Of a DNA stretch of 54,742 nt, positions 9,887-19,788 are shown piece after piece. A model generated the notes under the pieces. That model saw only the letters and a program-made list of their open reading frames with translations, was not told the origin of the DNA and did not search any database. Numbering within the stretch: the stretch's first letter is position 1; each line of letters starts with the position of its first letter. A program made the position numbers and the translations under genes. This stretch comes from an uncultured Candidatus Micrarchaeota archaeon (GTDB lineage: Archaea; Micrarchaeota; Micrarchaeia; Anstonellales; Bilamarchaeaceae), in the NCBI GenBank assembly GCA_903835325.1, contig CAILMU010000061.1, forward strand, positions 1 through 54,742. Reading direction: 5' to 3'.

Positions 9887-10311
9887 GGCCCCATCCTCTT
9901 TTTTATCAAATCGACGAACGAGCGGGCGTTTGCCAGGGCTTTTTCGGCTTCGTTCTTTCCGACGCTTTCGGATTCCCCGTATATGACATCGTGGCGCCTG
10001 ACGCGATAGCGGTTGAATGTGATAGCCAGGTTGCCGCTTTCAGATGGCAGGATAGCGGCGCAGAATTGCACGACCGCAAGGTGATGCGCATCCGAGACCG
10101 GATAATAGCCTTTCTGCGACATGAGGCTTCGGCCTGCCGAGAGCATCGCGTTGTAAGCGATGGCCAGCGCCCAATCGTTGTTTCCGCCTTTCAGGTTATC
10201 GGACGCCGCTTTGAGATCCCGCTCGGCCATCGCAAGGAGCTCGGTCGCCTTCGCCTTATCAGGGTCAGCCTTTCTTATGAGGCCTTTCTGAAGCAATTCC
10301 GATAAACTCAT
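9883..10311 (-). CDS. HEPN domain protein (toxin of a HEPN-MNT pair)
   Basis: WALAIAYNAMLSAGRSL and R-VRRH-DVIY motifs; ATG at 10311 overlaps the end of the MNT gene. Confidence 0.88.
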   Translation of the reverse strand: MSLSELLQKGLIRKADPDKAKATELLAMAERDLKAASDNLKGGNNDWALAIAYNAMLSAGRSLMSQKGYYPVSDAHHLAVVQFCAAILPSESGNLAITFNRYRVRRHDVIYGESESVGKNEAEKALANARSFVDLIKKRMGP

Positions 10312-10861
10312 CCCTATCACCGCCAAGCCAGACCATATCTTTCTCCATAATGTTCTTAAGGAACGCGCTGTCAGCACGCGCTTTATCTTTCAAATCAGGA
10401 ATACTCCAGAGGATGAAATTTATCGCCCTACGGCTTCTTTTCTGGATGGGGAATATCCTTGCGGCGAGATCGTCCTCATCGATGTCGCCTATGACCATAA
10501 GGTCGATATCGCTTGCTTGCCGCACAGCGCCGCCGGCCATGCTACCGAAGATAAAGGCATATGCAACACCCGGCGCTGCGATCGCTTTCGCGAGCTCGGA
10601 GAATATGCCTTCGGTCTTCCTGTAGATATTGCGGAGGTCCTCCAAAAATGGGCAGGACGGATTGGAACGGAACAGGAGCTGGTTGCCCTGTTTTTCCTTC
10701 GTGAGGATGCCAAGGGCGATGAGATTATCCAGCTCCTTTTTCGTCTCATAGGGCGATACCGATGCCCGTCGTGCGATCTCGCGGAGATGGAAGCCGTCCT
10801 CGAAAAGGACGGTGCCAAGCACCTTGACCTCGGCTTTGGAGCGGAATAATTTCTCTAACAT
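10265..10861 (-). CDS. wHTH-fused minimal nucleotidyltransferase (MNT antitoxin)
   Basis: N-terminal HTH (HLREIARRA...KELDNL); C-terminal FGS-x10-DID nucleotidyltransferase motif; adjacent to HEPN. Confidence 0.9.
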   Translation of the reverse strand: MLEKLFRSKAEVKVLGTVLFEDGFHLREIARRASVSPYETKKELDNLIALGILTKEKQGNQLLFRSNPSCPFLEDLRNIYRKTEGIFSELAKAIAAPGVAYAFIFGSMAGGAVRQASDIDLMVIGDIDEDDLAARIFPIQKRSRRAINFILWSIPDLKDKARADSAFLKNIMEKDMVWLGGDRDEFIGIASERPHKKG

Positions 10862-10900
10862 GTTATATATGATAAAACGATTGTTATTTTAAATATAACA
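10861..10900. promoter_or_regulatory. Promoter of HTH-MNT/HEPN with two tandem palindromic operator candidates
   Basis: TGTTAT-N7-ATAACA at 10882-10900 and a degenerate copy TGTTAT-N7-AAAACG at 10861-10879; TATA-like TTTAAAA on the minus strand lies within the first. Confidence 0.55.
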
Positions 10901-10926
10901 GATTGAAAATCTTCGGCATTCGTATC

Positions 10927-11334
10927 TCAAAGTTTCCTCGCGAGCATCTTGAAATGGTTCTTGGCAAGGTCAAGCGTCTCGATGCCTTTGCTTGTTATGG
11001 TGTAGTACTTGCGCCTCTCTTCCTGTTCCGCTAGGATGAGGCCTTCGTTCTCGAGCTTATAGAGCACGACGTATATCATTATCTTGTTCGGCTTGAAACT
11101 GAATTCCTTATAGATTCGTTCATCGAGCGCATACGCGTGGATGCGCTTGTCCATCCTGATGAGCGAGAGGATGTAGAGCCAGAGGTTCTCGTTGGTGAGG
11201 AGGTGGCGCAGGCGCTTGATAGGGGCGGTCGGGTTGATATTATTTGATGGGGAGACGGATTCGCCGGATGGGCCTGCGCCGGCCCTTGCGCCCTTGGAAG
11301 CGGCATCACGAGGATCAGTCTTCATCTTGGTCAT
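10927..11334 (-). CDS. PadR-family transcriptional regulator
   Basis: LYILSLI..HAYAL..IYVVLYKLENEGLI..RKYYTITSKG; start could be TTG 11340 or ATG 11334/11325. Confidence 0.9.
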   Translation of the reverse strand: MTKMKTDPRDAASKGARAGAGPSGESVSPSNNINPTAPIKRLRHLLTNENLWLYILSLIRMDKRIHAYALDERIYKEFSFKPNKIMIYVVLYKLENEGLILAEQEERRKYYTITSKGIETLDLAKNHFKMLARKL

Positions 11335-11336
11335 CC

Positions 11337-14300
11337 TCAATCTTTATCTGAGGGTTCCTTTCTCTTTTTTGGCGGGGTGTAACCGATATTTCTCTTCATT
11401 TCATCGAGTTCGGCGTCATCCCGTTCAGCCTGCGTCTGCTGGGGCGATTTCTTTGTGAAAAGGGAAGGCTGCTCCTCGTATCCTTCAGGAGCCCGCTCCA
11501 TCGTCCTATCCAGGCGCGCCAAGCTCTTGAGGTGATCCTCCACATCCCTTGTCGTGGTCGTGTCGGCCTGGTTTGCCGCTGAATTTGCAATGCTCTCGAC
11601 ATCCTTGTTCGACTTGATATCGGCTGAATTGACCATGTTGACCGCGAAATTCTCGGCTGCTCGGCGGTGGTCCTCCAGAGACCGGTCGAGGTCTGCCTGG
11701 CTTGAAGCCTTCAATGCGTCGTTGGCGAATTTCAGCTCGCCGTACGCGCATTGGGCAAGCACATCAGCGTTCGGCAGTTTGGTGTTCGATCCCAATGCGA
11801 CAAGGTCGCCCATGGTGCCATTCACCAGCCTGCTGACATCAAGTTCCGGAGGCGCGTTATGGGTCGTTGGGTCGAGAAGGCTAAGCGCCGCGACCGTATC
11901 GCGCTGCTGGATGTTGAAATATAGGGCCCCGGCTTCGTCTGCAACGCCATAACCCACTCCGACATATCCCCCGTCAGTCGTGCTTGGGAGGAGCAACGCG
12001 CGCATCACGCCTGCCTTCTCCTCGGCATCAGCCGCGAATTGGTGGGCGTTTTTTGTATCGATATTCTCGGGGTAGAGCACATTCGTCATGGCAGAATTGA
12101 AAAGATTTGCCGCTATCAGCTCCTTGTCTTTCGCCCCGGCCTCAGAAGCAGCCTGCTGGACCATCGCTTTCTCCTGTTCTTCGTTGAGCTTGCCTTCGTT
12201 GAACTGCTTGGCGATATCGGAAAGCTTGTCCTGGAATTTTTCAAGTTCAGGGTGCGCCTCCACATATTTATCTGGGAAATGCGCGCCGAAATTATCGTAA
12301 TACTCCTTTGCCGCATGAGCTGCCTCTAATCTCGATTCGGCAAGCTCGTTGCGCACATTGTTGACCTGTTCGATGAACTTGGTCATGCCAGGCTGACCGG
12401 GCATGGAATCCGGGGGCAGGCTCTGCTGGGCCAGGGCAGAAATTTTATTTGCGGTTTCCCCCAGTATTTCCTGACCTGTCCGAGCATCTCTGACGATCAT
12501 GCCCCCAGTTCCGCTCTGTTCCAGAATCACCTTGTCAGTGCCGAAATTCTTGATCATGTCCGGATCATGGAAATTCAGCGTGGTTCCGGTCGAAGCCTGC
12601 TGGGGGTTGGATTGGTAGAACGCTGCCCTTTCCGTTTCGCCAAGTTCCACTCCCTGGCCCCATTTGAGAACAATGGCTGCTTCCTGCGGGCTGAGCGTCC
12701 CCCCTGTCGAAGTGTTTGTCACGGTTTTGCCGTCTGGACCGATACGGAACGTGTTTCCGCTCTCTATCGGAGTTATCGTGATAGTGCCGTCGGGATTGCG
12801 GCGCTTTTCAGCTTCTTCCGGTGGCATCCCTAATTTTGCCAGGGCCGCAGAATCATGGACGATAATCAAATCAGTAGATATTGAACCGTCGGGGTTCACT
12901 TTGAGAGTAACTTTATTCTGGTGCAGTTCCGGAATCACAGCCTGCACCAGGTCCGGATCCGTAACGACGATCTTATCTGACTTTTTTCCTCCTTCGCCGA
13001 CCAGGGCGGTGCCCATTGTGACATCGATCCTCTGGGCATCCAGGCTGTCAGTGTGTATCTGCATCGCACCCCCCGGAAGCAGGATTATATTTGCCCCACC
13101 GGCATTGAACGAGTCGCGGTTGGCTGAATCCATGCGGGTTTTGAAATCCGCTGTGAAGTTTGCGAGTGTCAGTTCCTGCCCCTTAGGCATCTCCAGACCG
13201 AAGGCCTTGGATAATGACACAGGAGCAGAATCCTTGGGCACTTCCACATATTTCCCGTTCTTTTCATAGGCGACGATATTGCCATCGACCACCCTGGCCC
13301 CGTTCCCTGACGGATCGAAAATCAGGCCGGACAATCTTCCGGTCTTGGCATCTATTGACGCGCTCGACTCCACATAAAAGGTATTCGCCCCGACAGACAT
13401 CTGGTTGTAGGTGACAGGATTGCTGTTGGCATCGACCAATACTTTGCCCCCGTCAACCCTCATGACCTGGCCATTGACATAGATGAAACCGGTCTTTTCC
13501 TTCTCATCCCCGCCTTGCAGGAAAAGCCCGTTGGCTTTGTTGCCGCCGACATCGACCTGCATCTGCTTTGCATATCCCAAGTTTGTCTCGAGCTTTGTCG
13601 TATGTGCATTGTATTTCGCCGCATCCTCTGCCGCCCAAGCCTGCTTTATATCAGCCTCCTTTTTCATAGCGCTCTGGTTGGACGCGGTCATGAATTTGAA
13701 GAGGAGGCCGATTACGGGGATCTTGCCCAGGGTTTTGAAAAAGGAGGTCAGCGCATCGCCGTCGCCTCCACCCGTGTATACGACCTTGCCTCCCGCCCCA
13801 GGCGTTGCTGTCGTCTCTGACTTCCCGCCATAGACCGGCATGAGGACCGCGTTCACGTATATCGCCAGGTTCGATGCCATGACCGTCTGGACTACAAGGC
13901 TGCCGAGAAGCTTGCCCCATTGGACAGGCGCCTCGCCTGATGAACCTCTACCCGCGTGCGCAAAGCCTTCCTTGATTTCCTTTTTGAGGCTCTTCTGGCC
14001 TGCCGGTTCGGTCCCCATGGCCTTGCCGACACCTAGTCCAAGGCCCCGGTCCAGGGACTTGCCTATCATATTCATCGAATTGGCGAAAGGAACGAAACCG
14101 ATCGCCACATGTGATACGGCTTTGATGATAGATTTCGGAGTGAACTTGCCTTTTTCAGTCGGATTGAATTGCGAATATGCTCCTCCGCCGCCTCCTTTAT
14201 CATCTCCGCCTTCCTGCGTCGCTGAATAGATTTCTCCGGCTGTCGATGCCATGGACATGGCGAATGCGCCCCAGTTCAGGGCCTTGCCCCTCATCCTCGG

Positions 14301-15107
14301 CTCGTATCGCGGCTTGTAAGATATGCGGGGAGAAGAGAAATCAAAACCTGCAAACGGGTTCTTGCCGGACAGCTGCATCGCCCCGATGAGGAGCCCGAGC
14401 ACGAGGAGGAATGGAAGGCATATATCGCCCGGGATCTTTGAAGCCTCGGGCGGGGGCATCGGGCAGTACGGCACGGCGCTCATAGCCGGGAGGATTGAAT
14501 AGGTCTCAGGAAGAAGGATGGGCGAAGGCACGAAGCTTATACCCGGGGCGCCAGGTACGCCCAGAAGGCCGTTAGAGGGGTATGTGTTGATGGTGTCCCT
14601 GGTTATGCCTGTCATGTTGAAGCACTGCTCCAATCCGCACCCGTTCGAGAACGGGCAGTAGATGAAGACGAAGCTCTGGCATCCTATGGCAGGTTTCATT
14701 TTGTCATAGTAGGAGAGGTTCATGGTGGCTTGTCCGGTCTCGTCGGTGTAAAGGACCCAAAGGTCTTTCTGGCCCGGGACGAACGCGATGATGGTCGTGT
14801 TCTTGACAGGCTGGTCGGATGGGGAGGCGCTCGTGTTCTTGAAAGTGAGGTATAGCTGGATTTCATGGTAAACCGGATCCACGATGGCGATCATGCGCGG
14901 GTTGGTGTAATCCCCTATCCCGATGCAGCTCGGGCACTCCCCGTTATCACCTGAGTATAAACCAAACTGGGCGGCGAACGGGTTTGAGGAATCGAATGCA
15001 TAGGAATATGGAGAGGCGCCTTGCGTGAGCGGGAAAGAGAGATTTGCCAGGATGAGCAATATTACCGCAAGAACTGGAAAGCGCAACCGCTTCATGACCT
15101 TAAACAT
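11337..15107 (-). CDS. Gene A1: large membrane-anchored protein (signal peptide, Cys-containing exodomain, TM helix, long tail)
   Basis: Signal-like N-terminus; ECPSC and FIYCPFSNGCG; TM CLPFLLVLGLLIGAMQLSGKNPF; paralog of 28231-32568. Confidence 0.85.
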   Translation of the reverse strand: MFKVMKRLRFPVLAVILLILANLSFPLTQGASPYSYAFDSSNPFAAQFGLYSGDNGECPSCIGIGDYTNPRMIAIVDPVYHEIQLYLTFKNTSASPSDQPVKNTTIIAFVPGQKDLWVLYTDETGQATMNLSYYDKMKPAIGCQSFVFIYCPFSNGCGLEQCFNMTGITRDTINTYPSNGLLGVPGAPGISFVPSPILLPETYSILPAMSAVPYCPMPPPEASKIPGDICLPFLLVLGLLIGAMQLSGKNPFAGFDFSSPRISYKPRYEPRMRGKALNWGAFAMSMASTAGEIYSATQEGGDDKGGGGGAYSQFNPTEKGKFTPKSIIKAVSHVAIGFVPFANSMNMIGKSLDRGLGLGVGKAMGTEPAGQKSLKKEIKEGFAHAGRGSSGEAPVQWGKLLGSLVVQTVMASNLAIYVNAVLMPVYGGKSETTATPGAGGKVVYTGGGDGDALTSFFKTLGKIPVIGLLFKFMTASNQSAMKKEADIKQAWAAEDAAKYNAHTTKLETNLGYAKQMQVDVGGNKANGLFLQGGDEKEKTGFIYVNGQVMRVDGGKVLVDANSNPVTYNQMSVGANTFYVESSASIDAKTGRLSGLIFDPSGNGARVVDGNIVAYEKNGKYVEVPKDSAPVSLSKAFGLEMPKGQELTLANFTADFKTRMDSANRDSFNAGGANIILLPGGAMQIHTDSLDAQRIDVTMGTALVGEGGKKSDKIVVTDPDLVQAVIPELHQNKVTLKVNPDGSISTDLIIVHDSAALAKLGMPPEEAEKRRNPDGTITITPIESGNTFRIGPDGKTVTNTSTGGTLSPQEAAIVLKWGQGVELGETERAAFYQSNPQQASTGTTLNFHDPDMIKNFGTDKVILEQSGTGGMIVRDARTGQEILGETANKISALAQQSLPPDSMPGQPGMTKFIEQVNNVRNELAESRLEAAHAAKEYYDNFGAHFPDKYVEAHPELEKFQDKLSDIAKQFNEGKLNEEQEKAMVQQAASEAGAKDKELIAANLFNSAMTNVLYPENIDTKNAHQFAADAEEKAGVMRALLLPSTTDGGYVGVGYGVADEAGALYFNIQQRDTVAALSLLDPTTHNAPPELDVSRLVNGTMGDLVALGSNTKLPNADVLAQCAYGELKFANDALKASSQADLDRSLEDHRRAAENFAVNMVNSADIKSNKDVESIANSAANQADTTTTRDVEDHLKSLARLDRTMERAPEGYEEQPSLFTKKSPQQTQAERDDAELDEMKRNIGYTPPKKRKEPSDKD

Positions 15108-15145
15108 CAGATAAGCCTTAATAACTATTAGGGTTAATTGATTTC
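15108..15145. promoter_or_regulatory. 38-bp divergent promoter region between A1 and B1
   Basis: AT-rich, with TATA-like elements ~25-30 nt from each ATG; same length and partial sequence conservation in copy 2. Confidence 0.55.
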
Positions 15146-16432
15146 ATGCGTTGGCAGATGCTGATATTGATCCTTTTTTCACTGTTCGGCCTGTCATTTG
15201 CCGATGGCACAGATGTGTACCTGGCCATCTTCCCGGTTTGCGTCGTCATTGTCGCGATTATCCTAGGGATACTCAACATGGCGGCCGAGACATTCTCGCT
15301 CCCGGGCTTATCCGCGTATGTGAAAACCGAGCTGGGCGAGCTCGTGAGCGGGGTCGTCCTCGCCCTCATCGTCTATGCTTTCGTGCTCGGCACGAGCCAG
15401 GTCCTTCCAACACTTCTGGTCGGACAGAGCGCAACCAACGCCGCCCTTGATTACATCCACAAAGAGGTCTCCCTCTTCCAGACGACATACTGGGGAATCA
15501 TCAGGATAGGGACGCAGCTGAAGGCGATGGTCTCCTTCAGCACGCAGCAGGTCCTTCCTGCAGGGTGGGTAAGCTGGGCGCACAGCATCTCGCCTTACCC
15601 AGGCCTGGCCCCGCTGCTCTCGATACTTTCAATGGCGGTCCAGGGAGTCAGCAATAATATCCTGCTTTATCAGACGCTTTACCTGCTGCTCCAATTCTGC
15701 TCGGCGATAATCCCGACGATAATACTTCCTGTCGCCCTGTCGATGAGGCTGCTCCCCATCACAAGGCAGGCGGGGACGGCCGTCGTTGCGATATGCATTT
15801 CGCTTATCGTGATATTCCCGTGGTCGGTGGTCTTTGTCCAGCAGATACACAGCGTGCTCCCATACCAGGATCCTACCATTGACGCGAACGGGGGGGACGT
15901 GGTGGGAAGGATAATCAACACGCTGGGCGTGCACTTCCCGCTCACATCGTTCCTGAACGAGCTTTGCCAGAACAATGCTATCCGGCTTCTCCTGAGTTTG
16001 AACGAGCAGGGGACGTGGCTGCTATTCTGCACGCCGATATGCGCTATCGTCGCAGCGGTCCAGGCAGCCGCTTGCCTGACAGGATACGCGGGGTGCTTCC
16101 TGAATTTTTTCATGTTCTGCTGGTCTCCGATAGAATATATGGGCACGAAGGGGTATTGCTACAACATCGTAACCGCCATCGCATACCCTATCATGGTGGG
16201 AGTCTCGCAGATCGTTTACAATATCGGCGCCGCGTTCATGAACGTCCCAAGCGAGAAGGCAGGGGAGATATATGATGTCATGTACCCGTTCATGCGGGAC
16301 ATAAACAACATGGTGATGATGGGTTACGTGGATGCGATGATAATCGGGATATTCACGATCGTGGGCTCCAGGTCCATCTCAGCCGCCCTTGGCGGAGAGT
16401 GGTACATGATAAAGTTCCAGAGGCTGGTCTGA
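15146..16432 (+). CDS. Gene B1: multi-pass membrane protein, CedA/VirB6-like paralog 1
   Basis: Family motifs LSAYVKTELGE, LP..LSMRLLPITRQAG and terminal LGGE...RLV; family assignment is an inference. Confidence 0.8.
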   Translation: MRWQMLILILFSLFGLSFADGTDVYLAIFPVCVVIVAIILGILNMAAETFSLPGLSAYVKTELGELVSGVVLALIVYAFVLGTSQVLPTLLVGQSATNAALDYIHKEVSLFQTTYWGIIRIGTQLKAMVSFSTQQVLPAGWVSWAHSISPYPGLAPLLSILSMAVQGVSNNILLYQTLYLLLQFCSAIIPTIILPVALSMRLLPITRQAGTAVVAICISLIVIFPWSVVFVQQIHSVLPYQDPTIDANGGDVVGRIINTLGVHFPLTSFLNELCQNNAIRLLLSLNEQGTWLLFCTPICAIVAAVQAAACLTGYAGCFLNFFMFCWSPIEYMGTKGYCYNIVTAIAYPIMVGVSQIVYNIGAAFMNVPSEKAGEIYDVMYPFMRDINNMVMMGYVDAMIIGIFTIVGSRSISAALGGEWYMIKFQRLV

Positions 16433-17445
16433 TGGATGGAATCAAGAGATGCCAGCCCGGTTTTGGAGCGGATATTCCGGGGTTGATTCTAAGGTCCGCG
16501 TTTTTCTTCCTGCTGATCGCTTACATATCGCACCCAGGGGATTTTGCGTGCGTGCAGAATGCGGGCGATACTGTTATTTCCGGGGCAGGAGCGTATATCG
16601 GCATCGCAACCATGCTGATGGTGCTTGTCATCGCAGCAGCCTACATGCTCGGCATGACGACGAGCAACGCCAATGCCATCGTGTTCGCCAAGGACGAGCT
16701 TTTCCACCTCGGGTTTTCCATCGTGCTGCTCCTTGGGATCGGCGGGATAATGGCATCCGGCTGCCTGATCACGAATTCGATGTTCTCGCTCACGTTCAAG
16801 CAATCATCGGACATCTACCATTATTATTCAGATTGCGGCGGCGAGACAGCGGATCCGACCAACCTCACCGTGTGCGCGATATCCATGCCCCTGAAGGCAT
16901 CCAACAGCCTTATCGGCACCTACACGCAATACAGCATCAATAACATGATGCAATCGAACTGGTTCTACACATATGCGCTCCCGTTCACAGACATCGTGAC
17001 CACAAACGCCGCGGCATACAGGCGCACATGGTCCACCGAGAACGACATGGTCCTCAATACGTTCATCGTGCCTTCGTATGTCAGCCTCAAGATGCAGCAG
17101 ATACTCCTGGGGCTTTTCAGCCAGTACTCCGTGGAGCTGCTCCTTCCTGTCGGGTTCATATTCAGGTTCATCCCGGTTTTCAGGAAATTCGGCAACTTCC
17201 TTCTTGCGATGGCTTTCGGTTTCTATATAGTATTGCCTTTCTTCGCAACATTCAATTTCTTCGTATACGACCATTTCGCAAACTCCCCGATCCCCATCAA
17301 TGGCTTCAAATTCGCAGACAACTCGAATGGATTCTATACCATCTCGCTGCTGGTATCTCAGGCGTTCTTCCTGCCCAACCTGACGATAGTCCTTTTCATC
17401 ACATTCCTTTCAGGGATCAACAAGGCGCTCGGGGCGATCGGATGA
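16432..17445 (+). CDS. Gene C1: multi-pass membrane protein, paralog 2
   Basis: ATG overlaps the B1 stop (TGATG); AYMLG..FAKDEL and LLPVGFIFRFIPVFRKFG. Confidence 0.8.
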   Translation: MDGIKRCQPGFGADIPGLILRSAFFFLLIAYISHPGDFACVQNAGDTVISGAGAYIGIATMLMVLVIAAAYMLGMTTSNANAIVFAKDELFHLGFSIVLLLGIGGIMASGCLITNSMFSLTFKQSSDIYHYYSDCGGETADPTNLTVCAISMPLKASNSLIGTYTQYSINNMMQSNWFYTYALPFTDIVTTNAAAYRRTWSTENDMVLNTFIVPSYVSLKMQQILLGLFSQYSVELLLPVGFIFRFIPVFRKFGNFLLAMAFGFYIVLPFFATFNFFVYDHFANSPIPINGFKFADNSNGFYTISLLVSQAFFLPNLTIVLFITFLSGINKALGAIG

Positions 17446-19787
17446 GAAAACTTGCGATTTTCCTGGTGCTGGCGTTGCTGATCGGCCAGGTATCGGCGGA
17501 TGAGAGCGGCCCGACATCCACGGCGCTTTCCGCGGTCGGGACAAACCCGGACCTTGTCCACGAGCTTTTCTCGGACTGGCAGGCGATAACGCTCATCGCG
17601 ATAATGCTCTCGGCCATGCTCGTCTCCTTGGCTTACATGCTCGGGATTGGTTTTGAGATCCCCTCCTTGAAAGCATGGGCCGGCACCGAGCTTGGCCAGG
17701 TGATAGCGAGCGCCATCATCGTGCTGACATTATGGGTCCTCATGGGGATAATCGATTTCAATGTCGCGCTTGTGGTCAACAGCTCCGTGGCGAGTGTTTC
17801 CCAAGGGATGCCCTCTTGCATGGCCGTCGGAGAGCCGTGCCTGAAGGATGCGGCGGTGTTCTACCTTGATGGCTACATCGCGTCGGCAAAGAGCGCTGCC
17901 CGCGCCATTTTGGTCAACAATATGGACGCGGCGAACAAGGCGAACAAGAGGGATTTCTTCAGCTGCTCGCTCGCTATCTACCCCCTCCCATGCATGCAGT
18001 ATTCAAGCCAGTCATCAAATGATGCGTACCTTGTCCTGGATGTCGACAAGAACACGCTGTTATTCGAGAATTACGCATCGCTCCTCTCATCGATGGAGGC
18101 GCAGGAATTCTTCGTCAAGAACATCTGCTTCCTGGTCGGGCCGTATATCCTCGCCCTCGGGATCCTGGCAAGGACATTCTTCATGACCAGGAAGCTCGGC
18201 GGGCTTCTTATCGCTGCCGCTGCGGCGCTTCTCTTCGTGCTTCCCCTGATGTATATGTTCAACTGGATGACGCTCAACCTGGACTTCAGCGGCGATAAGG
18301 AATTCGGCAGCCAGGCCAGCATGTGCCCGGAGGAGTGCTCTGCCATGCCGCCATTGGTCTATGATGCCAATGTAGTCGGCGGGAAGAACTTCATTTACAG
18401 CAGCCAAGACTTATATGGCATGTTCTACGATGCGAAGAAAGACCCGCTGATCACAAAGAACCTGACCAACGGGATCATAGGAACGTATGACTGGAAGACC
18501 GAGTTGCCGGGAGTGACACCTAGCAAGGGGCCGCCAGACCCTATGCTCACATCATGCCAATCCCAGGCCACAGTGAAGATATCCGACCTGCCGGCTGATT
18601 CCGCATTCGATTATTCCACGCTCTGCGCGAAATACGTTGACAACAGCCTGATAGTGCAGACATGCGGTTCGCAATACCAGACCCAGGATGCCAGCGGGAA
18701 CACCGTGATGCTAACCATAGACAACGCTTCGATAGAATGCCCGTATTTCTGCAGGGAGCTCCCATACCCTTATGTGAATTCCTTGTGCGCCCCGCCCATC
18801 ATCCAGAAGGCTTGCGCCAAGCTTCCGGAGATCTGCAAGGTGAGCCGGAAGGCCACCCTCAACACATTGAGCAATCATGCCGACGATGATTTGAGCTGCG
18901 TCCAGGAATGCAGGGTCGTGCCTCCCTTGAACAACAGCTGCGATGTCGGCAACTGCCTTGAGTCGAGGGCCGACTGCAGGGTCTCCATGCGAAACGATAC
19001 GAACTATCGGATCACACTGATCGGACAAAATACAGGTTCCAGCGATTCGAACATGGCCAATGAATCGCTGAAGTGCTCATGGGCATCCGAATGCCCGGCG
19101 AGCCTGGTGGCAAACGAGTCATGCACCTGGGTATTGCCCCGCACCCCGCAGGACTGCAAGGAGATATGCCCTTCATGCCCGAGCGAATGCAGGGTGACCG
19201 GCATGGATGGCTCGGAGCAGGAGATGCTGCCTGATAGCTGCTACAGCGATTCGTCGAAAACAACGCTCATCGACTCGTGCAGCAGCGCGAACTGCCCGGA
19301 CTCGTGCAAGATACCTATCCAGAGGATAAAGATGCTGGACCCGACAAACATCGCATGCAAGACAAGCGACGGTTCGAGCCAGTGCAGGTGGGGATGCAGG
19401 GTCGCAGGGACGAGTTCGGTTCCGACCGGATGCGATCAGACCGCTTGCAGCCTCAACGTCTGCGGCGGATCATTCAGGGAGACCGTGCCATCCAGCTCCT
19501 GCCAGAAATGCCTGGATGTGGAGGCTAATTTCCATTATGACCCGGCGGTCCTGCGCAACTGCGCCGATTATTGCGCACCGCAGAAGAACCCGACCGAGAA
19601 CCCGGTCAAACCGCTCACCATGAACGGGTTCGTGGGGGGCGGGGATTACCAGAACATCGCGCAGCTCATGATCCAGGCATACCTGCTTCCGCTGTTCGAT
19701 TTCGCTGTCACGCTCATGTTCGTCCGTTCGTTCTCGGGGATGCTTGGTGGCGACATAGAATTGCCAGGGGTTTCCAAGGTGATATGA
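17442..19787 (+). CDS. Gene D1: membrane paralog 3 with a large Cys-rich extracellular insertion
   Basis: ATGA overlap at 17442; signal peptide MRKLAIFLVLALL; AYMLG..LKAWAGTELGQ; repeated CPxxCR/K units. Confidence 0.82.
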   Translation: MRKLAIFLVLALLIGQVSADESGPTSTALSAVGTNPDLVHELFSDWQAITLIAIMLSAMLVSLAYMLGIGFEIPSLKAWAGTELGQVIASAIIVLTLWVLMGIIDFNVALVVNSSVASVSQGMPSCMAVGEPCLKDAAVFYLDGYIASAKSAARAILVNNMDAANKANKRDFFSCSLAIYPLPCMQYSSQSSNDAYLVLDVDKNTLLFENYASLLSSMEAQEFFVKNICFLVGPYILALGILARTFFMTRKLGGLLIAAAAALLFVLPLMYMFNWMTLNLDFSGDKEFGSQASMCPEECSAMPPLVYDANVVGGKNFIYSSQDLYGMFYDAKKDPLITKNLTNGIIGTYDWKTELPGVTPSKGPPDPMLTSCQSQATVKISDLPADSAFDYSTLCAKYVDNSLIVQTCGSQYQTQDASGNTVMLTIDNASIECPYFCRELPYPYVNSLCAPPIIQKACAKLPEICKVSRKATLNTLSNHADDDLSCVQECRVVPPLNNSCDVGNCLESRADCRVSMRNDTNYRITLIGQNTGSSDSNMANESLKCSWASECPASLVANESCTWVLPRTPQDCKEICPSCPSECRVTGMDGSEQEMLPDSCYSDSSKTTLIDSCSSANCPDSCKIPIQRIKMLDPTNIACKTSDGSSQCRWGCRVAGTSSVPTGCDQTACSLNVCGGSFRETVPSSSCQKCLDVEANFHYDPAVLRNCADYCAPQKNPTENPVKPLTMNGFVGGGDYQNIAQLMIQAYLLPLFDFAVTLMFVRSFSGMLGGDIELPGVSKVI

Positions 19788-19788
19788 C

